From Phoronis australis (taxonomy: Eukaryota > Animalia > Phoronida), in contig NMRA01000201.1 of NCBI GenBank assembly GCA_002633005.1, forward strand, positions 580,459 through 644,458: a stretch of 64,000 nucleotides of DNA, read 5' to 3'. Numbering within the stretch: position 1 is the stretch's first letter; the number at the start of each line of letters is the position of its first letter. Below the pieces are notes generated by a model. The model searched no databases, was not told the origin of the DNA, and was given only the letters and a program-made list of their open reading frames with translations. Below are positions 1 through 12,200 of this stretch, piece by piece. The position numbers were made by a program, and so were the translations under genes.

Positions 1-404
1 TGATGCTTGTTGAGCATTCCGCTGCATGAAAACACTTGAGGTCGTGTATTGAGTGTTGTATTCTGATTGTTATGCAATTTTACTGTAAATTTCAAATTTC
101 GTGCTTGTTTTTGTGCAAAATGTACTGTATAAAAAGTCTCATATCTAAATTTAGAAATTATGCTTCCGCGATATCACTTAACGTTTGATTTTACCACGCC
201 GTCATTAATTCAACATAAAGTTTTAGGCTGGTGTAATGTCACGCACTTCGTATTTGTAGGTTGATTCGATTTTATTTCCTTTCAATAGTTGAACAAAACT
301 TTATAAACCGATGTCAAGACCTGAGTTGCCAGTGGTGAACGAACAGCGAACAGTAAAATGTTTGTTTGGCCAAAGTTCACCCGTTAAGTCATAAAATGGT
401 AATT

Positions 405-608
405 GCCGACCAAGGACACGCTTAATCCGAATTGGTCGTCTACGCTAGGCGACCACTTAGCCGACTCAAGTGCCGACCACAGAGGCGACTCAGTAGACGG
501 CTCCTAGCCGACCGTTGTTGGTCGGCTGCTGGTCGGCTAGACGACCGGTCGACGGCCGGTCGTCGACCAATTTCCGACCGGTCGGCCAAAAATTCGTGAT
601 GTGTGCTG
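405..608. repeat. GC-rich CCGAC/GTCGG-motif repeat, probably a transposon subterminal region
   Basis: Many direct and inverted ccgacc/ggtcgg motifs ending at the microsatellite; family not assignable. Confidence 0.45.
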
Positions 609-620
609 TATGTATGTATG

Positions 621-654
<34 letters not shown>

Positions 655-720
655 TGCAGGCCTATGTATGTATGTATGTATGTATGTATGTATGTATGTA
701 TGTATATATTTATATATATT
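609..720. repeat. (TATG)n microsatellite, interrupted
   Basis: Two runs of about 10 TATG units followed by TA repeats. Confidence 0.97.
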
Positions 721-1289
721 TATCATGCATAGTTTGAGTTACTTCTTTTAGCAATAAATATTTCGAGCTCCAAGAAAGGATAAGGGTAATGTTTCGTAAA
801 GGGTATCCTGGAAATTAAGGGTCTGTGACTCTATAATTATGTGCACTTGAATGCAATGGTAGTCACACACAAAATGACGAATCTTGCAACGTGTGACCGA
901 CGTAGTGAAGTGGTGCGAATAGATCACAAGATGCATTAACAATGTCGATAGCCTAGCTCTCCCGATGCCCGGTCGGAATAGGTCTTGCAACATTAACAGA
1001 TCGTAGTGTCCTCTACGGAACTTTTCTGATCACACCTTGAAAAAGCAACAAAAACACAAACTGCCCCGTATGCAATTTTAGGGCTGTCAACTGGCGAAAA
1101 TCGGCTTACTTTAATCATTTCATAAGATTCTGAAATCACTCAGTCTCTAAATTGGCGTTATTTAACATCACAATCCTCAGTTGATTGAAACAGAAATGCT
1201 ACTAAAATTCTTATTTCAACACTCTCCGTGTATCTCCGACGTCAACAGACGGAGCTACCTCAAATTTGTTATTTGGGGAGATATCATCC

Positions 1290-4200
1290 ACCATTACCAT
1301 CTTTGAAACATACAGTACAATAACTAACATTAATAAATGGGGACATAAGTGGGGAAGTGGAATCTAAGCTGTTCATGAGTCAGAGCACTGTAGGGGTGTT
1401 GCCATCATGTTTAACAACAACTTAAGTGTAACAGTTAAAAGGTGTATCGGAGATCCTGATGGTCGTTATTTGTGCATTGACTCAAATGTGGATGATCATA
1501 ATTAGATTTTCATAGACGTTTATTTTCCAAATGAAAATAGATCCCAATTAATATTTTGGACAAGTTAAATAAAGATATGTAAATAACGATAATATTTTTT
1601 GTGGTGGTGATTTTAATTGCCCATCAGGAAAAATTGATAAACAAGGAATAAGAGATGCTAGAGATAAACAAACAGTCGTGTATAAGCTTAAAGGTTTTGC
1701 GGAGTTTTTCCATCTATTTGACTTTTGGAGATTTCAGAATCCAGGCAAAAAACAAAATACATGGCATAATAATTCCTACAGATTACAAAGCAGAATTGAC
1801 TACTGGTTGGTTTCAAAGAACTTCAAAGATAGTCTCAATCGTTTCATTAAAAGTGATTATAATTTTTCGGATCACTCGGTAGTCAAATTTCATTGCTCAC
1901 TTAAAGATTCTATACCGAGAGGGCCTGGATTATGGAAAATTAATGATAGTCTTTTCGAAGATGAAGAATATGTAACTAACTTAAAAATATTTATAAATAC
2001 CTGCGTTGAAGAGTATGTTTATCTAAGCAATAAACATACCAAATGGGAAATGGTTAAAATGAAAATGAGGTAATATACTACGAGATACTCAAAAAGAAAA
2101 GAAATTAGAAAATGCTGAGGAAGAGAAATTGATTGAAATTATCAACAACTTGACAGGAGAACTAAATGATGGTAATATTAATGATGGAATTGTACAGAAT
2201 TTGGAAAGAGCCAAGTCCAACTTGCAACGTATACAAACTCATAGACTACGTGGACAAATGTTAAGAAGTAAAGCCCAGTTAATTGAGGAAGGGGAGAGTA
2301 CACTATAGCCCAAAAGTTTTTGCCTCTTTGGAGTAAAGAAATTTTTAAAAAGTGTATAAGTATCCTTAAAAATATAGATGGCCACTTTACAGGAGATCAT
2401 ACTGAAATCAGGTCAGAATTGACTCATTATTCACAGATCGTCAAATGAAAACACCATCCACTATACCAGATCTGTTTAATATCGCCAGAGATGTACCATC
2501 CAGTGATTTTGAAAAACTGAATGAACCTTTAAGAGAGGGTGAATTTTATGAAGTTTTTAAAAACTTGAAAAAATTATAAGTCTCCAGGAAATGACGGGCT
2601 AACTTACACATTTTATAAATGTTTCTGGCATGAAGTTAAAAACTCCTTACTTGAAGCTTTTGAATATAGTTTTTCAGTGGGGGAATTATCTGCGTCACAG
2701 AGGCAAGGAGCAATAACGCTCCTACCCAGGTCAAAAGATGAGTTCGAACTCCAGGCCTTGGATAATTGGCGTCCAATATCTCTATTGGATACTGATTATA
2801 AAAAACTTACACAAATTCTTGCAGCCCGTATAAATAATATCATGGGAAAACTGGTTCACTGAGGTCAAACAGCTGTTAAAAGACGATATATAGGATACAA
2901 TATTAGTATAACACCTTCTCATTTGAAATGAGCTTTTCTCAAATAAATGCTATTCAAAAAAGGACTTAAATTGAATACTTAATAAGGCATTTCCCAGACA
3001 ATGCCACACTTGCAAATTCATTATATATATATATAGGATACACCAATTAATGAATTTGCAAGTTTGGCATTGTCTGGGCAATACCTTATTAGGTATTAGT
3101 CCTTTTTCGAAACTCATTTATTTGAGAAAAGCTCATTTCAAATGAGAAGGTGTTGTATCATTCAGGATATTATTTCTTTTACAAACACTACACATTTTAT
3201 GTTTGGTCTTTTGCAAGGCTTATGATAAAACGGGACTTTATTTTTCAAGCTTTGAAGGCTTTTAATTTTGGACAGTGTTTTACACGATGGGTAGAAATAA
3301 TCTATAACAAACCAACAGCTTGTGTTGTCAATAATGGTTTTACAACAGATTATTTTCGTTTAGAAAGGGTTGTAAGACAGGGTGACTCATTGTCGGGTCC
3401 ATTACTTTGCCTAGCTGTTGAAGTTATGGCCAATTATATACGAGAGTGTAATTTAATTAAAGGCATAAGTGTTAAGAAAACTGAAGTTAATATTCTCCAA
3501 TACGCAGATGACACTACCTTATTTCTTTATGACAAAAATTCTGGCATGAATTGTCTCAAATTTTTAGAGCATTTTGGTTTACTCTCTGGTCTCCAGATGA
3601 ATATGAAGAAATGTGAAGGGTTATATTTAGGTCGAGAAAAAGAGTGTTCTGAACCACTTCATGGCTTCAATTGGACTGGTAAACTAATCAACAGTCTGGG
3701 AAAAGTTTTAGTCATAACAAAAAAGAAAATGATTTTTTATATCTTGAACTCAAAATTAAGTCCTTTAAAAAGTCGCTTGATATCTGGAAAAGTCGCAATA
3801 TTTCATTGTTACGAAGGATCATTTGCGCTGTCTAAATTAATTTAGGTGATGAGCAATTTAGGAATTGACAGCGAACGTAGATCTAAGATAAAGAAATTTT
3901 GTTCGGCAAAATAAACCACCTAGAATTAAAAACAATGTGGCTGTAAATACCCATGAAAATGGTGGTTTGTCAGTTCCTGATATAAATATTATGTACAGGT
4001 CATTATTAGTTAAGTGGGTTACGCGTTGCTTAGATGGAAACAATGAAATTTTCAAAGTGTTTCCAGGGTATGTTTTAAAAATATATGGAGGTGTTTTGAT
4101 CTTTAAATCAAATTAGGATTGTAAATTGCTGTCTCTTGCGAATATTGATACCTTCTGTCTTGACATCTTGATTGCTTGGGAAGAAATTAGTGCTCGTTCA

Positions 4201-5142
4201 CATAAGGACATAACAATTGTAAACCAATAACAAAAACATATTGATTAATAGGAGGACTGTATTCTTTAATAGTTTCTTTGAGGCTGGTATTACTTTTGTG
4301 AAGGATCTTTTGAATTTTGAAAATAAATTTCTGACGTGGGAAGTTTTGAAAAATAGATATACGCTTTCAAATTGAATTTATTGTGCTGCTTTGAGACGTG
4401 CGATTAAGTTGAAAGCTGATCCTTCGATTTTAAAATGCATACATCTCCAGTCAAGCCAAATTACTAATGTGTTTTCTAGAAATATTTTGCTTTCCAAAAT
4501 TGTTTTGCCTCCTGATATAGAGTACAGCTTAACTGACATTTACTCTAGACAACGAATTAAACATATTAATTTTCTTCCACACAAACTTTTGTTACCTCCT
4601 TATCCTAAAACCTTTAAGTATTTCTATATTCATAGGAAAGTGTTTACAAAACTTATTTTGAAAAAGATGAACTTATTCAGTGATGACAAGTGTGCATCTT
4701 GTGGAACTGTTGAGACTTTTAACCATATGTTTGTGGAATGTGGTTTTGTGAAAACTTTGTGGTGTGAAATTCAGAAACTTTTGCACAACAAGATTTAATC
4801 TTAGATAGAAATGTTATTTTGACAGCATATTTTGGGTGTAATTTTGAAGATATTAATACCATATTAACCATTTGCCAGTATTTCATCCATAAATGTTCTA
4901 GAAACCAGATTATTCCTAGATATTCACAATTTAATGTTTCTTGTATAATTATTGTAAAGTAAGGAATATACAGCCCCGCAAAACTGCCTCGCAATTCCAT
5001 CAATGCCTATTTATTTTAGACCAACCGTGAATTTCTATAATTTAGATATGTGTGTGTGCGTGTGTGTGTGCCTGTGTTTCATTTACAAAGATCTTATTGT
5101 TTGTAAATTATACTGTATTTAGAAATAAAATGTATTAAAAAA
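1290..5142 (+). mobile_element. Degenerate Tx1/L1-clade LINE ORF2 (APE endonuclease, reverse transcriptase, C-terminal zinc finger)
   Basis: Fragments RGVAIMF, GGDFN, QSRIDYWL, SDH, GPGLWKIN, SPGNDG, NWRPISLLDTDYK, RQGDSLSG, QYADDTT, CASCGTVETFNHMFVEC; many stops and frameshifts; AATAAA and an A-rich end near 5124-5142. Confidence 0.92.
2909..3155. mobile_element. Foldback MITE with a TA target-site duplication (Tc1/mariner-type target) inserted in the LINE RT
   Basis: Left arm aacaccttctcatttgaaatgagcttttctcaaataaatg and its reverse complement at about 3116-3154; most of the element is palindromic; TA at 2907-2908 and 3156-3157. Confidence 0.9.
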
Positions 5143-6162
5143 CATCATTGAGAAAGCCGTTACTTACTCCCATATACCGATCTCGAGATATTCGAAACTT
5201 ACTTGTCAGTCATTGGCCTTCCATTTTTGTGCAACAGGAGGCACTTCTCGCGTCATTGACATGAAATTTACAAACCATGTTCACTTCGTCAATAGCTCGA
5301 GGATTTTTGTTTTTTTTTGGAGAAGTGAAATGCACCATGGCGCTGTGACGGCCATTTTTCGAATCATCCTTTGCGGAGCTCCAGCTCCACGAAGATCTTT
5401 TGACAGAACCTTCTGGAAACTGGTATGTAAATAACTCTGCTCAAGGGCTACCTGCTGTGCATCATTAGTTTTTCGCTACGACTTACAGCTCTTGAGATTT
5501 TCTGATATGATGGCTGCTCTTTTATCGACTGATTTTTCAATCCACTCTTATTGGTTTATCAGTTAAATCACATTGCTGTAATAGGCGGAGTTGTGAAGGT
5601 CGGTGTTTTCGATTTAGTTGAGACCTCAGGTCCGAGTGTTTCCATCGCTTTCGCCAAGTGTCGCTCTTCAGAGATGAGTCTGCTTTGAAACTTGAGCCTC
5701 CTAGGTTATGCGGTTGTCCCGATGACTAGGTAAAACGCTTGGCTCGATCAATTGGTAGTTGTCCTCAGATATATATCATTCATAGCTCCGGCGACAAGTA
5801 GTAGTAGCTGTAGTGTACGCAGATTTGCATAACTAGGTCAAACCCGTCAGTTGTTATATCGTCGCGTTTTTTTGTAAATAAATCCTGCATTATCTGGTGT
5901 TGTTTCAGTTCTGAAAATCTGGTGAACTAGCAGTCGTACAGTACTCACAAGCTGTGCAAATCTGAAAAATTACGATATTTTCTATGAATGCTAGTACGAC
6001 TTTTGATAAGACGTACCACTGGGTACAAGTAGCGCGAGGATGTTCGTACGACTTCTACATATTTGACTATTTCAATATTCTTTCGAATTAAACATCTATC
6101 CTTTAATTTAATAAACATGTCAAATTATTGAGGTATTTTTTTATCTCTTAATGTTATTTTAG

Positions 6163-6248
6163 GACAAAGTACAGACTGGCGTACATGTCGGTGGTGGGAT
6201 ATAAGTGCTGTTCCGGCTATAAAGACAACGGCCAGTCGTACTGTGCAC
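6163..6248 (+). CDS. Exon: C-terminal half of an EMI-like domain
   Basis: tttag|g ... gcac|gtaag; translates TKYRLAYMSVVGYKCCSGYKDNGQSYCA, matching the EMI pattern YR..Y.....CC.GY. Confidence 0.75.
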
Positions 6249-9200
6249 GTAAGACAAACATTTTGCTTATTCACTCCCCAGTTATGCCAGCAACACTTAG
6301 TGACGGTTTGTTAAAGGCGTTTTCATTTATCTTTATCATTTTAGTGATCCCCTGCGTTTTGAATATTTACCGGGGCAGTGTAACTATTGTTTTGATTAGG
6401 CGCCTTGATACCACAAGTTTTAGGAAAATGTTCATGCTATGTACGACCTTATGGCAAGCCTACAACTATGTAATTAGCCAAATGTCTACAATACCATAGA
6501 TTCTATGTCTGCAAAATTATGCAATTCTGAAAGTACGAAGCCTGTAGAATTTGATGTTTGACTTTTTATTAATCTGTCATTAATTGCGTCACATGTACGC
6601 CTAACTTGACTAATGAACAGTTTGAGACAAATTCCATACAGGCTTTTGTCATGAAAAGCGTGTTTATTGCCGCTCTTAGCCATATGTCTGACGTTTTGGT
6701 GCTCCGAAGAAACGCTGAATTGTCGCACGAAGTACTAATAGACGTGGGCTTAAAGGACAGCAACAGTAACGCTTTCTGATCTCTTCGAGGAGAAATTCGC
6801 TCACTGCAGGTTCTTGTTTTGTTGTTTGTAGCACTGTGCTTCGGCTCATTCAGTTGTCCAAACGGTGGTACCTGCCACGGTAAAGATTACTGCATGTGCA
6901 AAGACGGTTTCTATCCTCCTAAGTGCAATGGTAGGTATACTTCGTCAAAATAAGGAGAAAGTGTTGCGCGAAGTATAAAAAGTCCTTGAAATTGATGGTA
7001 AGCAATGCTTGTGTCCATGGCCTTCTTATGTTATTGCGAATATTTGCAGATACGAATGAGGTTTGTTTCAGTGAAGGCGGATAAAAACAACTTAAGATAC
7101 TCAAGGTATAGTAGTAATACTCACATGCTGGCCTCGGCATTACTGCATTGTTGTAAGCAGTGTGGATTTGGGGCAGCTACAACAGTATGTTCCAAAAGAA
7201 GTACAATCCTGTTATGTTATGTAAATGAATAGTATTCCGTTCGAAGACTTCACAAAACCTTGCACAAAGTTATTTAAACTGACACGCTCGTTCTCGACAA
7301 CGGAAGTGAATCCAAATACTTAAGAAGATGAGAAAAAATACACCAAATCAGCATGTTTCAACCCAAAGTCACCAGTTGCAGTCGATTACTACGAGCTGAG
7401 AGAAAGTGAATTCAGACTGTCAAACTCTCCAGATTACATTTACATGTAAAGAAATCAGATGGAAAGTGGATATCGAAAAGCCGGTCCTTACAAATTTTAT
7501 ATTGTTTGAAGAATATCTAAATATAAATTATTCTTTTTAACCATTTATTCGTCAAACACAACTTTACAAATCAACAATATTATCTGTGTCACTAAAAAAT
7601 TGCACAGAAAATATAGACTCCTATGGTCTTCAAAGTTCTCAGAGCTTTACTGATCTTTTATGTTTTAGAATATATTTTCAGTAAATAAAGTTTGTACACA
7701 AATAATAGATAGAAAACCTCCAAAATTGTGTTTGTTTATTTTGTAATTTTCATGTAATATTTTGTTACAACAGTTTGAATACTTTGTTTTTAAAAGTGGG
7801 GTCTAAAAAGCATGATATTCTATCAAATGAAGTTCGGTGCCGATCTCTGCTGACGATACTCTTACTATCATGCAAAAAAGAACGCGTAACAAAACAATGT
7901 ACAAATAAGGTATCGGTTGTCTCCCTTTCATTGTTACAAGTACAGAAATCAGAATCAACATAATTTTTGCTCAGTTTCAACTTTCCGCTTGTTAGAAAAG
8001 CCACAACTAAGAAAAATGTGTGGAGAGGTCAACAACTGGCAATCTTTCACCAAAACCAGATTTAAAAATCCGGAGAATTCCATTTGTAGCCTTCACATGC
8101 AGCGCACAATTTAAAATTCCCAGCCAACCCTATGGGCGCCAATTTTTTTAATGGAAATGGTAAACGTGAATTCAAAAGTGGATTAAAAAATCTATTGAAT
8201 GCCACCTTAGTTGTCACAATGTCCGAATGTATTTGACAATAATGACGATTTATTGTTGCCCGTAGCTTGTCCGGTGAACGAGATTCCCTACTGCGCCAAA
8301 ATGACTTGTGATTATGCTCAACTTAACAAGAAATGCACGGAATGCCAGCTGCATTCGCCGTCAGGTGGCGCCTACCTCTTGACGGGCAACCGATGTTTGC
8401 GTAAGTATGGCAATATATCTGCAGCATATCGCACTCGAAAATATTGTTTTTATGGGATAAAAATTATTGTTTACCAGGATTTCATGAGCTCTATCTGATC
8501 TTACCTCTAAGAAGGTTTTGGTCGCTGAACCCATTTCCAATTTCAGTGTTACAAAGTTTCCGCGCTTGGCGTCAGATAAAACAATTAGTTTTAAATTTTA
8601 GCTGTTTATTTCACTTACAGACTGTACAACCACAATGTTATACATTTTAGTGTGTAAATCAAAAACATTACATTTGGATTGGGCTAAAAAAGAATTGTCA
8701 AGGAACATGACGGGTATAAAATTAAAGTGATTACTAATCAATGTGACTATGGAACGCGGCATTTAATACTACATGTATGTTCGCCACAGTTCGATTTGCG
8801 TCACACTGCCAACCAATTCACCGGTCAGAAAGATCCGTTTTTGCTAGCAATGGTCCTCACGAGATTCTCAAAAGAAACATGGAACGTTACAGTTAATTTG
8901 GAGTCCACCTTAGTTCTAATCTAATAGGCTACTTTGAGGAATTAAATTTACAGAATACCGATTAATTTAAATGACAAGTACCAGGGATTTACGGATAAAG
9001 AATTATCTCGCCTATCCTGTTCATTTACTTGGAAATGCATACAAAAACATCTGCTGCACTGTAATAATGTGACCCAATATACAAAACCATGAGAATAAAC
9101 TTTTCCAATTCAACTTAATATCAGTTATTTTTTCTGCTTTAGTAGACCACAGCTTCAACCAGACATCGGTTTCTATCAAACTGAATTGAGTGTTTTGCCC

Positions 9201-12200
9201 GAATAACCTGGCAGTTTAATGGAAATATTGTAACAACAAAATGTCATTTTCGTCAAATTTCAGTCAGAATATCAAGTGGCGTTAAATACGGTAGTTGTTT
9301 ATTCGTGAACGGACTCGAAATTTCGACAAAGAACATGACGGGTAAAACTTGTCGAGTGTCTATCGTGTTTTAGCCGCAAATGAAACGTGCATTTGAAAAG
9401 AAATGGCAAGATTTTGTGATACGAAACTTCGTCATATTGCGACTTAGTTTGGGCAATGTTTTGTGTGCTTGAGTGTTTGTGTTTGCGTGCGTGCGTGTGT
9501 GCGTGTGCAGGTTGTGTGCGCGCGTTCTTTGACATTTTGTTATCGTTTGATAAATGTTTTACGAGCGTAACTTTACATGACGATGCTATAGAAGGTAAGG
9601 TCTTTTACATCTTCAATTTACAGACCTTTCTCCAATTTAAATTGTTTTTCAGTCGATAACGTTGATCTAGTTTCGTCTTGTTTTCTCAGAAAAGTGTTCA
9701 TGGCTATCCTCCACAAGGTGTTGGCCGGGTACTTGCAACGACAGAGGTTTGGCGTCTTCGTGCAGTTGCTCATCTGGATTCAAGCGCGTGTCTGGAGGCA
9801 ATTGTCAATGTAATTGGTTTGGACTGTTTATACATCGTAAAATGTGACAATTTCGTAAAAGGTAACAACTGTTGCATTTTACGCCATTGTTACATTATAC
9901 GTTGCTACGCCTCTCCTAAAATGTAGCAAGTTGTTACATTTTACTTAATTGTTACATTTTACGTCAAAAATGCACATACGAGAGATGTACCATTGCTTCA
10001 TTTTAGGAAACCTGCGACATGTCACGAAGTAAATGACCTTAATCACGAACAAGTGGTATCCGATACGCAAGGGATACTCGAATTTTTTTGGACGAGTGGT
10101 GCCGCCCGAGAATTTGGATACCTACCCATTTAGAGAGTGGGCTCGAACAAAAAACTGAGCCATCCAGAGAGTAATTTTGTGCAAAAATTCACATGTTTGC
10201 ACTGTTCTGTTCCAGAAGTTCGGAAAAGGCACTCTTTTAAATAGTATTTTGACGAAAATTTCACCATTTTGGAGATTATGTTTGCATTGAAAAACACCCT
10301 TTGGGCGGCACTTATTGAATACCTTTTCTCAAGGAATAACCCTCGAGCTGATACGGCATGAATTTGGCTGACCATTATCATTATTATCATCATTATCATC
10401 ACCATAAATATTATCGACTTTATTTAATTAGGACACTTTGCAATACACACAATACATGCTTAGCAAAGTGGCAATACATCATGGTCTTCAAAGATTTTAA
10501 AGTCATCTTATTTACGGTTCAATGTTTTCCCATAATGCACAGCTAGTGCTGTTTCAAAACGATTTTAAAGAGGTTCCTAGATTCAACCTTAACGATTTTG
10601 TGAGAAACGTTTTGACAGTTGTAGGTGCGGAGTAGGTATATTTTTTGAAAACGAGGAGCTGTGTTGAGACTTAAAATATTGCGTAGACGAACGCCAACTT
10701 CAAAAATTGATTACTCCTGAACTATCGGCACGCACGGTATTGTTTGTGGTATAACTATTATCCTTCTGTAGTTTGCCACGAAGAACTGAATGAGGACCGT
10801 AATCTTTTAATTGCGACTTACATCTTATGTTGAGAATACCCACCATGTTCTCCTTTGCTGTTCAAGGAGCTGGGTCTCTTTCCACGATCATGTGTAAGCT
10901 AAAAAATTGCGTTAAGTTGACCTGTGGAGACAGACATTTTTCGAAAACTGGTGAGTAGTCAAAGGGTCTTTTCCATCTACTGGTTTTACAATATTGCACA
11001 GTTTCTTAATTGGATGAAGTTTTTTGAAGATATTTGTCAAAGACGGATCAGTCATTCGAGGCAACACCCAAAAATATGTTTTCGAGGAATGTGATGGGTC
11101 TGAAATATGTAATTCAAAAAACCTTGTATTCGGAAACTGCACGTGTATAAAAGAAAATTAACCAAATTTAGAAGTCGCCAAAATGGAAATCATCGATTAT
11201 CATGATTTAGAGAAATGAATATTGTAATCACAAGAAATGTTTGGACAGGTGGACCCCTACAGCATATTTAGTTCTCTGATGTATTTTGTTGCTTCCACAT
11301 GTACGTGTGTGCGGTAATGATGTGCTTCATAAGAAACTGCCAATACAGCGGTGAGAGAGAACACTTTTAGAGAGAGAACACTTTATATACATTAAGTTGT
11401 AATAATATAAGGATTAAACAATTCAGTTTTAATTCGGAGGCTTTCTAAAGGTTATTGACCGCTAATAAGAAGGTGCACTGAACAAAATGAATAAATGGAA
11501 ATGCAACAATCAGTAGGAATAGGTGAGGAAGCCATATATACATGTATAACATACTTAAGAAAACAAAGTGAATTAGACCTGAAAAAGACCGACACGCCAG
11601 GAACCAAGAAGTGGACTGGCACAGCTCAGGAGATTTTGGGAATACAATTAGACACTGTAACGTATGATGCAATTGGAAATATGACAAACTGGATCGTAAT
11701 TGCTAATAATATAATTGGTTAAGAACCTGGAGAATGCTTGTAAACAATGTATTTTTATTAGATTTAGAGCAGAGACTAATATTTCGTTATTGTTTATAAG
11801 TCGAGGAATTTCAAATCTAATACAGGCTCTGACTCGATGACAATTTGTTGGACGGAGGAATTAAAAATTTGGGTTGTATTGTCGTAATAGCAGCTGAGTA
11901 TTGATTCAGGTATGTAGGAGTTTTAATGTGTCTGGTTGGTTTATATTGGATGGGTTTACTAAAGAAGTTGTTAGTATAAAAATACTTAGGAATCTGATTA
12001 TTGAGGAATTTGTAGTAAAATTTTGCAGTTGAGATTTTAAAGATGTCTTGAAGTAGAGGGAGGCAAAGTTCCTTACATATGGGCAGAGCGTGAACATTAT
12101 AACTGGAATTTAATATATTCCGAAGGATTCTCATCTGGACTATCTGGAGTTTCTTAGAGTTTGCCAAAACCACAAGTTGTAATTCCATAGTTTAAATGTG

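Noticed and set aside
490-751. 78-aa ORFs with YIHT and MYVC repeats
   Set aside because: They are translations of the (TATG)n microsatellite.
5213-5434. Candidate first exon of the giant gene
   Set aside because: No convincing signal peptide or N-terminal EMI cysteines; the true 5' exons are probably upstream of the window.
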